From Octopus sinensis (Eukaryota), in contig NW_021825250.1 in the NCBI RefSeq assembly GCF_006345805.1, positions 1 to 15,940 on the forward strand: a stretch of 15,940 bases of DNA, in the 5' to 3' direction. Shown here one piece after another: positions 9,923 through 15,940 of the stretch. Numbering within the stretch: position 1 is the first letter of the stretch; the number at the start of each line of letters is the position of its first letter. Below the pieces are notes generated by a model that saw only the letters and a program-made list of their open reading frames with translations, was not told where the DNA came from and searched no databases. The translations under genes were made by a program, and so were the position numbers.

Positions 9923-10300
9923 TTCAGGGTAAATGTTTTTTAATTTTCTCCTGGTTTACGGAATTAATGTTATTTTGCGGTTGAAGCTTTTTGGCTGTTA
10001 TTTCTAGTGGGTGAATGGCCTATTATGGCCGTTCCTTGATATATTGAACTTAAAAATGGTTTATGACTATTTAATTTTTTCCCACTAGGCCGCTGGGGGC
10101 AAAAGAATTCTACAAAATTTTTTTGCCTCCCTATATTGATTAATTATGAATTTTCTGGTTGGTTCCGTAATGGAATCGGCGGCTTATATTTATTTGCTGC
10201 CGATAATTTGGCGCGAGTGCGGCGATTTGAAAATTTTAGGTCAGATATTGGCGAGGCATGACGGGAATGCCTCGTGAAAAATATCTGTTCCGATTTGGCT

Positions 10301-10407
10301 ATTCCTTACTGATGAATCTAAGGGCCTATGGTAGATTGGCTTGATTTAATTTAATCAGGTTAGTTTACCATTAAACAGTAGACGAAACGGTGCATCGTAT
10401 AAGGAAT
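10301..10407 (+). ncRNA. Type I hammerhead ribozyme, copy R2 (core intact)
   Basis: CTGATGA 10309-10315, GAAA 10384-10387, GTA 10397-10399; cut site is 485 nt from that of R1. Confidence 0.85.
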
Positions 10408-10789
10408 TTCAGGGTAAATGTTTTTTAATTTTCTCCTGGTTTACGGAATTAATGTTATTTTGCGGTTGAAGCTTTTTGGCTGTTATTTCTAGTGGGTGAA
10501 TGGCCTATTATGGCCGTTCCTTGATTGTGATATTGAACTTAAAAATGGTTTATGACTATTTATTTTTTCCACTAGGCCGCTGGGGGCAAAAGAATTCTAC
10601 AAAATTTTTTTGCCTCCCTATATTGATTAATTATGAATTTTCTGGTTGGTTCCGTAATGGAATCGGCGGCTTATATTTATTTGCTGCCATAAAATTTGGC
10701 GTCGAGTGCGACGATTTGAAAATTTTAGGTCAGATATTGGCGAGGCATGGACGGAATGCCTCGTGAAAAATATCTGTTCCGATTTGGCT

Positions 10790-10893
10790 ATCCTTACTGA
10801 TGAATCTAAGGGCCTATGGTAGATTGGCTTGATTTAATTTAATCAGGTTAGTTACCATTAAACAGTAGACGAACGGTGCATCGTATAAGGAAT
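10790..10893 (+). ncRNA. Type I hammerhead, copy R3 (GAAA reduced to GAA)
   Basis: CTGATGA 10797-10803; gacgaacgg lacks one A; single-base losses also in stem I and the stem II domain. Confidence 0.6.
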
Positions 10894-11062
10894 TTCAGGG
10901 TAAATGTTTTTTAATTTTCTCCTGGTTTACGGAATTAATGTTATTTTGCGGTTGAAGCTTTTTGGCTGTTATTTCTAGTGGGTGAATGGCCTATTATGGC
11001 CGTTCCTTGATTGTGATATATATATATATATATATTGATGTTTGGGAATCTCTGATGTTTTT

Positions 11063-11147
11063 TCGGCTGATGAGTACGAGCCACCTATATTTACTGCAAT
11101 TTTTGTAGCTTTATTAAAGATGTCCTCGTACGAAACAATTGTACCGA
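11063..11147 (+). ncRNA. Solo type I hammerhead ribozyme, unrelated to the array unit
   Basis: Stem I TCGG 11063-11066 / CCGA 11144-11147; CTGATGA 11067-11073; stem II GTACGAG 11074-11080 / CTCGTAC 11125-11131; GAAA 11132-11135; palindromic stem III ACAATTGT 11135-11142; GTA cleavage triplet 11141-11143. Confidence 0.85.
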
Positions 11148-11220
11148 TATATTGATCCATTCTTGTTGCTTTTTTCCTATATATATATATATGTGTGTGT
11201 GTCTGTGTGTGTGTGTGTGT

Positions 11221-11394
11221 GTGTTTGTGAGTCTGTGTTTGTCCCCCTCAACATCATTTCACAACCGATGTTAGTGTGTTTATGTCCCCGTAACCTAGCA
11301 GATCAGCAAAAAAAAAAAGAAACCGATAGAATAAGAACTAGGCTTACAAAGAATAAGTCCTGGGGTCGATTTGTTCGACTAAAGGCGGTGCTCC
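11221..11394 (+). mobile_element. SINE family A, body only (no head, tail truncated)
   Basis: Aligns with 870-1040; preceded by (TA)n(GT)n at 11178-11220. Confidence 0.85.
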
Positions 11395-11531
11395 TTTATA
11401 CATTGTTTTAGTCGACACACCTTCCGACAAACAGCAGGCCTAGTGTGAAAATTTGAGACAATTGTTGTTGTTGCTAGTGTCGTGGTTGTTAATATTATTA
11501 ACGTTAACATTAATGATTGGGGCGACACCTA

Positions 11532-11795
11532 TGAGAGAGAGAGAGAGAGAGAGAGAGGGGGAGAAATATAGGGGAGAGAAATGGAGAGAGAGAGAAAGAG
11601 GTAATAGTGTGAGAGATGTATTTATTACAAATAGTGGGAAAGAAACACTGAGAAAGTGGGAGTCGTGGGTTGGGTAGCAGGAAGAGTGAAATATTGAATG
11701 GTGGGCAGGAAGACTGCTTTTGTGCGTTTACGTTTGTATACAAATATATGCTTGTATACACACGTGAGTATACACACGTGAGTGTGTATACAAGC

Positions 11796-11830
<35 letters not shown>

Positions 11831-11871
11831 TACACCACATGAATTATATATATATATATATACACCACATG

Positions 11872-11907
<36 letters not shown>

Positions 11908-12003
11908 CACATCAATGGCATATATGTATGTATACATGTGTACACACATGCACTTATATACATACGTATGCAGTATACAGAGAACAAGTGGCGTAAGAAA
12001 TGT

Positions 12004-12034
<31 letters not shown>

Positions 12035-12190
12035 AGAAATGTAAACACAGAGAGAGAGAGAGAAGAAATGTAAACACAGAGAGAGAGAGAGAGGGAGAGA
12101 AAAAAGAAAGAATGAGAATCAGGCAGAAGGAGAAGGAGTGAAAAAGGGGAAGAGAGCGATGGACTGGGAGAAGGAAGGGAAAAGACAATA
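11532..12190. repeat. Mixed (GA)n, (TA)n and (CA)n microsatellites with short local duplications
   Basis: aagaaatgtaaac(ac)agagag x3 (~11995-12090); tacaccacatgaattatata x2 (~11831-11880); gtatacacacgtga x2 (~11755-11782). Confidence 0.85.
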
Positions 12191-12800
12191 CTTCAAAGAA
12201 ATGTTCAAGGTTAAACAACATAATATTCTGAACAAGCGATTGCATGATACTACCAGATCAAACACGCACATACATACATATACACATATTGATAAGCAAT
12301 CGATGTCTTTCTTTACTATGTATCTATTCCACAATTCCAGCTGTATCCATTTTGAAATGGACAGTGTTTTAGACAATTCCTAGATGCCATAATGAATTTT
12401 AATTCAAAACCATCATATTTTCTCTTCCTCTCTCTCCATAAACTCTCAACTCGCTTCTGCACGACAGCACACTGGCTTCAGTAAGGCTATGTTAATCATT
12501 TGAGACGCAATTGTCGTTTTGTCATGCAAAATTATGTCAGCTTTGCTGGACATAAACATGTGATCAAGTGTGGCAAAACTTCAAGCATTAATTTGGTTTA
12601 TGTCAGTTTTTCTGTAACATACGAACTTTTGTTATGTTTCTACAGCGTTGTTCTTGCAACAAAGTTGGAATTGATTCGTGTTCGGAAGTAAATACATACA
12701 TATAAAACATACATACACACGCACATATGTATATATATTCACGATGCACGATGTAGATGTCGAGTGAAATAGCGTGTCGCATAATCTTGGCTATAAGCGT

Positions 12801-12950
12801 AGGCGCAGCTGTGTGATAAGAGCTTTGCTTCCCAGCCTCGTAGCTCCAGGTTCAGTGCACTGCGACGCTGGCACTTTGAGCAAGACTCTTTTACTATAGC
12901 CTCGGGCCGATCAAAGTGTGTTTCATAGACGGAAACTGAAAAAGCCCGTC

Positions 12951-12951
<1 letters not shown>
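12801..12951 (+). mobile_element. SINE family A, 5' head, diverged
   Basis: ggttcagtgcactgcg...actatagcctcgggccgatcaaag...gacggaaactgaaaaagcccgtcg followed by (TA)n. Confidence 0.85.
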
Positions 12952-12997
<46 letters not shown>

Positions 12998-13006
12998 ATA
13001 TATATA

Positions 13007-13324
13007 TCCTTAAATCCTTAAAAATGTTTTAGCCCGAAGGCCGCGGCCATGCTGGGGCACCACCGCTGAATGAGCTACACTAGTTTGTGAATCCACCTCT
13101 GATACGTGGCACTTGATCAACAAGGGAGTTCGATGCTGCTGCCCGCATCCGTGTCTCCTGTCGTGAGGTAGGTTCATCTGGGACTCCCAACAAGAAGAGA
13201 TCCAGTTTAGTTTTAAAGAAACCCACATCCACACCATGTAAGTCTCTCAGGCATTTAGGGAGGATGTTAAAGAGCTGTGGTCCTCTGAAACCGAAGCTGT
13301 TGCAGTATCTGGACCTGTATTTTG
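13007..13324 (-). mobile_element. 5'-truncated LINE 3' end (CR1/L2-group-like ORF2 C-terminus, 3' UTR and tail)
   Basis: Open frame 13322->13080: KYRSRYCNSFGFRGPQLFNILPKCLRDLHGVDVGFFKTKLDLFLLGVPDEPTSRQETRMRAAASNSLVDQVPRIRGGFTN*. It resembles CR1-group C-termini (G..LFN.LP..R....FK.KLD.FL..VPDEP) as I recall them; tail (tttaagga)x2. Confidence 0.85.
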
Positions 13325-13325
13325 A

Positions 13326-13385
<60 letters not shown>

Positions 13386-13453
13386 ATATATTATTAAAAA
13401 AAAAACAAGTTTGAAAATGCCACTATATAAAATAAACTTTAATTTTCTTAGAG

Positions 13454-13503
13454 ATTTTACATGTTTCGGTTTTTCTTGAAAAAACAAACCTCATCAAAAG
13501 TAT
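13454..13503 (-). ncRNA. Degenerate minimal type I hammerhead, Penelope-like
   Basis: Minus strand: ctt-TTGATGA-GGTTT...AAACC-GAAA-CAT-GTA-aaat. C3 is U, stem III is the palindrome ACATGT, stem I is weak. Confidence 0.5.
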
Positions 13504-13639
13504 TTTTAAAAGTTAAGTGTAATGAAAAAGTTCATAATTGTTTCTTACTAGTCTCAACAGAGTACACATGGTGGTGTTTTGTGGTGGTGGGGGGCATAAT
13601 GTGCGTTGACTAGATTCGTTGGCTGTAATTGTGGAAATG

Positions 13640-13790
13640 ACCAGTGGCCGAAACAGCAGTAGTAGCAGAGACTGTTGGTCGTAGTAGTAGTGACCATGGT
13701 GGTGATGGTTGGAATTGCAGCAGCAGTTCATTAGCTGTAGTAGTAGCAGCAGCAGCAGCGGTTGGAGTTGTAGTAGCAGTTCATTGGCTG
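13640..13790. repeat. Degenerate (GTA/GCA/GTG) triplet tract
   Basis: Directly visible. Confidence 0.7.
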
Positions 13791-13805
13791 AACTATATAT
13801 ATATA

Positions 13806-13924
13806 ATTAAGAGAAATAACCTCTATTAAGCAATAATATTTATTATAGTATATTCAAATTTTCTATATGATATAGATAAAGTCTTTCACAATTGAATTAC
13901 TTAATAGGGGTTATTTCTCTTAAT
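13806..13924. mobile_element. 119-bp inverted-repeat element within (TA)n
   Basis: attaagagaaataacctctattaagcaat (13806-13834) and the inverted copy at 13896-13924 match at 27/29. Confidence 0.75.
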
Positions 13925-13934
13925 TATATATACA

Positions 13935-14012
13935 TATTGTATATTGTGAAATTTTATTTGGAATTGCTAAATTGAACTTTTTCCTGTAAGTTTGGAATTA
14001 TATTCCCTCCTT
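13935..14012 (+). repeat. Short TA-adjacent interspersed repeat, copy 2
   Basis: Aligns with 7196-7270. Confidence 0.7.
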
Positions 14013-14287
14013 TTATATATATGTGTGCGTGTTTGTGTTTGTGTGTGTTTGTGTGTGTTAGTGTGTATGTGTTTGTGTGTGCACGTGTGTGTACGTATGC
14101 GTGTGTGTGTATGTGTGCCAAAGGAAGTTATTTTTACATAGCTTTCTCATTTCCAAAAGAAGAAAAAGCTGAAGAATACTTTCAAAATTGCCGTTGAATC
14201 GTGATTGTAAAGGCTTGAAGTGTTTGCGCGTATCTGTAGGGTTGATGCACCCGAGAAACACGTATGAGTCATCTATATAATTGTGAG

Positions 14288-14319
<32 letters not shown>

Positions 14320-14334
14320 TCTTTATTCAGATAT

Positions 14335-14390
<56 letters not shown>

Positions 14391-14398
14391 TGAGAGGT

Positions 14399-14541
14399 CT
14401 CCATCCACCAAATCCATTTACAAGGATTTGGCTTGCCGGGTGCTACAGTAGAAACTCGCTGAAGGTGCCACGCAATGGCACAGAAACAAAATAAACCATG
14501 GGTCTGGTAAGCAATCCCCTTACCACGCAGCTACATCTATG
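14399..14541 (-). mobile_element. SINE family A head, diverged
   Basis: Reverse complement reads gctgcgtggtaagggg...ttgcttacc...ttgcgtggcacctt...ccttgtaaatggatttggtggatgga. Confidence 0.8.
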
Positions 14542-14641
14542 TTTCTTGCACTGGCATAAGCATTACTTTTTACCGTCCACCGTTTTTACTTTCTTTGTCG
14601 ATAACTTCATATCACAGCGGTTAAATTCTATCGATTTTCCA

Positions 14642-14976
14642 ATGAGTTTAGATCAGACTACATATTAGACACTGCATATTGTATGAATTCAAAAGGAAGC
14701 GGCAAGAAATATTCATTCTGTCTATGGAAATGAAGCTTTAAGTGTCTTGAAATGCCAACAATAGTTTGCTCGGTTACACTCGGGAAATTCTTTCTCTTGC
14801 AGACTCCCCTAGGGTTCTGACAATAATGAGGTGCTGAAATCCAAAGTAAATTGTATGAAAATTAGCAAAACAGTTCAATTCAATTCATTTTTCAATCATA
14901 AAATACCTTCGTGAACTAACAAAAATACCCAAACCAGGTGAGTGGCTCTCTCGTTAATTTGGCTTCCTATGATTTC
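14642..14976 (+). pseudogene. Mariner-family transposase relic, N-terminal DNA-binding region
   Basis: With frameshifts: MSLDQT/HIRHCILYEFKR/AARNIHSVYGNEALSVLKCQQ*FARLHSGN.../NNEVLKS.../WLP(H)DF, matching mariner HIRH..LYEF....AARNI..VYG...CQ.WF..F.SG and the WVPHEL motif. Confidence 0.8.
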
Positions 14977-14995
14977 AATATACAGTTTGGTGGTA

Positions 14996-15213
14996 AAAGC
15001 GGTGAGCTGGCGGAATCGTTAGCATGCCGGGCAAACTGCTCAGCGGCATTTCGTTTCTCTTGACGTTGTGAGGTCATATTCCGTCAAGGTCAACTTTACC
15101 TTTCATCCTTTCAGGGTCGATGAAATAAGTACCAGTTACGTACTGAAGTCGATGTAATCGACTTATCACCTGCCTATTTAATTCCTGGCCTTGTGCCGAA
15201 ATTTGAAGCCAAT
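14996..15213 (+). mobile_element. SINE family B
   Basis: gcggtgagctggcggaatcgttagcatgccgggc...cctttcatcctttcagggtcgatgaaataagtaccag...cttgtgccgaaatttgaa. Confidence 0.9.
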
Positions 15214-15308
15214 ATATAAGTTCATGGTGATTTTTAATAATACTTTCAATCTGACTCCTGATAAACAGTAAAAGTAATTACCCAATCTTATATATATATA
15301 TATATATA

Positions 15309-15496
15309 GGGAGAGATTACGAAAAAATCAAAAGACGAAGTCAGGTGGTGTACAAAACAAACAGATGTATTAGTATAACGCTCAGGGATAGAAAATGTCT
15401 TTTACGTTTCGAGCCTACGCTCTTCTACAGAAGGGGACGCAGAAAAAACAAGGAGAGAAGAAAAAGTGTGTAGTGGCTAACGATCTATCATGACGA

Positions 15497-15498
<2 letters not shown>
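15309..15498 (-). mobile_element. Penelope-like terminal fragment between two (TA)n tracts, with a variant minimal hammerhead at 15397-15436
   Basis: Minus strand: ctt-CTGTAGA-A-GAGC gtag GCTC-GAAA-C-GTA-aaagac. Stem II is a perfect 4 bp, stem III is the palindrome ACGT, core position 6 is U instead of A. Confidence 0.55.
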
Positions 15499-15551
<53 letters not shown>

Positions 15552-15563
15552 TATATTATATAT

Positions 15564-15789
15564 AAGGGAAAGGAGAAAATGCTGACAAAATAATTTAAGT
15601 AAGGGAGAGTGTATTTAATTAGGTGAAAGTTCTTTTTACCGGTTGCACATTTGTTATGCTTATCAAAAGATATTTTTTAAGGGAGATAGAGTTCCTTTCT
15701 GATAGATTTTTTTCTCTTATCTGAAAAGATAAATACACTCTCCCTTACTTAAATTATTTTGTCAGCATTTTCTTCATTTCCTTTTTTTA
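15564..15789. mobile_element. Inverted-repeat (MITE-like) element within (TA)n
   Basis: Perfect 43-bp inverted repeat at 15575-15617 / 15730-15772, 112-bp spacer, imperfect outer extension. Confidence 0.8.
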
Positions 15790-15860
15790 TATATCACAAC
15801 TCGTGTTCCACATCTCCTTTTTTAAATATATATATATATATATAATTATACGTGTGTGTA

Positions 15861-15940
15861 GAGGCGCATGGCTCAGTGGTTAGAGCGTCGCGTCTAGCGT
15901 GAGGTTGTGAGTTCGAATCCCGGACCGGGCTGCGCGTTGT
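15861..15940 (+). mobile_element. tRNA-derived SINE family C, 5' head, cut by the window end
   Basis: A box tggctcagtgg and B box gttcgaatcc, but no tRNA acceptor stem closure; the sequence runs on into gggctgcgcgttgt. Confidence 0.8.

Larger units (their letters stand above)
8807..11019. mobile_element. Hammerhead-ribozyme tandem array (retrozyme-like), ~489-bp unit, two divergent arms, inside (TA)n
   Basis: Left-arm unit starts at 8807, 9295 and 9784; the inverted arm has starts at 9808, 10293 and 10782 and ends ~11019. The first two units differ at ~9 sites. One hammerhead per full unit; (TA)n at ~8786-8804 and 11016-11035. Confidence 0.9.

Noticed and set aside
9091-10766. ORFs of 66-88 aa in the 489-bp unit
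   Set aside because: Frames differ between near-identical copies and show no recognisable domain; the unit is better explained as structured RNA.
8807-11019. Foldback/Mutator-type transposon, Helitron or CRISPR array
   Set aside because: The outer ends are not mirror images, there are no unique spacers or transposase, and the one-per-unit hammerhead points to a retrozyme.
14186-14270. CTGAAGA followed later by GAAACACGTA
   Set aside because: GAAA is ~30 nt from the end of the putative stem II and no stem I forms.
15861-15940. Genuine tRNA gene
   Set aside because: A and B boxes are present but the acceptor and anticodon stems do not close; it fits a SINE head.

Overview
AT-rich, microsatellite-dense eukaryotic DNA made almost entirely of repeats. 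The SINE families look like those I recall from Octopus genomes, so a cephalopod origin is inferred, not shown. No intact host protein gene is supported: most ORFs in the track are translations of (TA)n, (CA)n, (GA)n, (CAG)n or (GAT)n tracts. The main discovery is at 8807-11019: a ~489-bp unit repeated about 2 times in one orientation and about 2.5 times in the other. Each full unit carries a type I hammerhead ribozyme (CUGAUGA...GAAA, GUA cleavage triplet, 8-bp stem I, palindromic stem III loop, unusually large 68-nt stem II domain), and the whole block sits inside a (TA)n tract. This looks like a retrozyme (self-cleaving circular-RNA retroelement) that integrated with an inversion. An unrelated perfect-core hammerhead lies about 45 bp downstream (11063-11147), and three decayed Penelope-type hammerheads sit in other TA-flanked islands. 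The window also holds two decayed HERO-like (RLE) non-LTR 3' ends embedded in a ~90-bp minisatellite, a CR1-group LINE 3' end whose tail is shared with a local SINE, a mariner transposase relic, three tRNA-derived SINE families and two TA-flanked inverted-repeat elements. All family names and folds come from reading by eye and from memory; no search or folding program was run.
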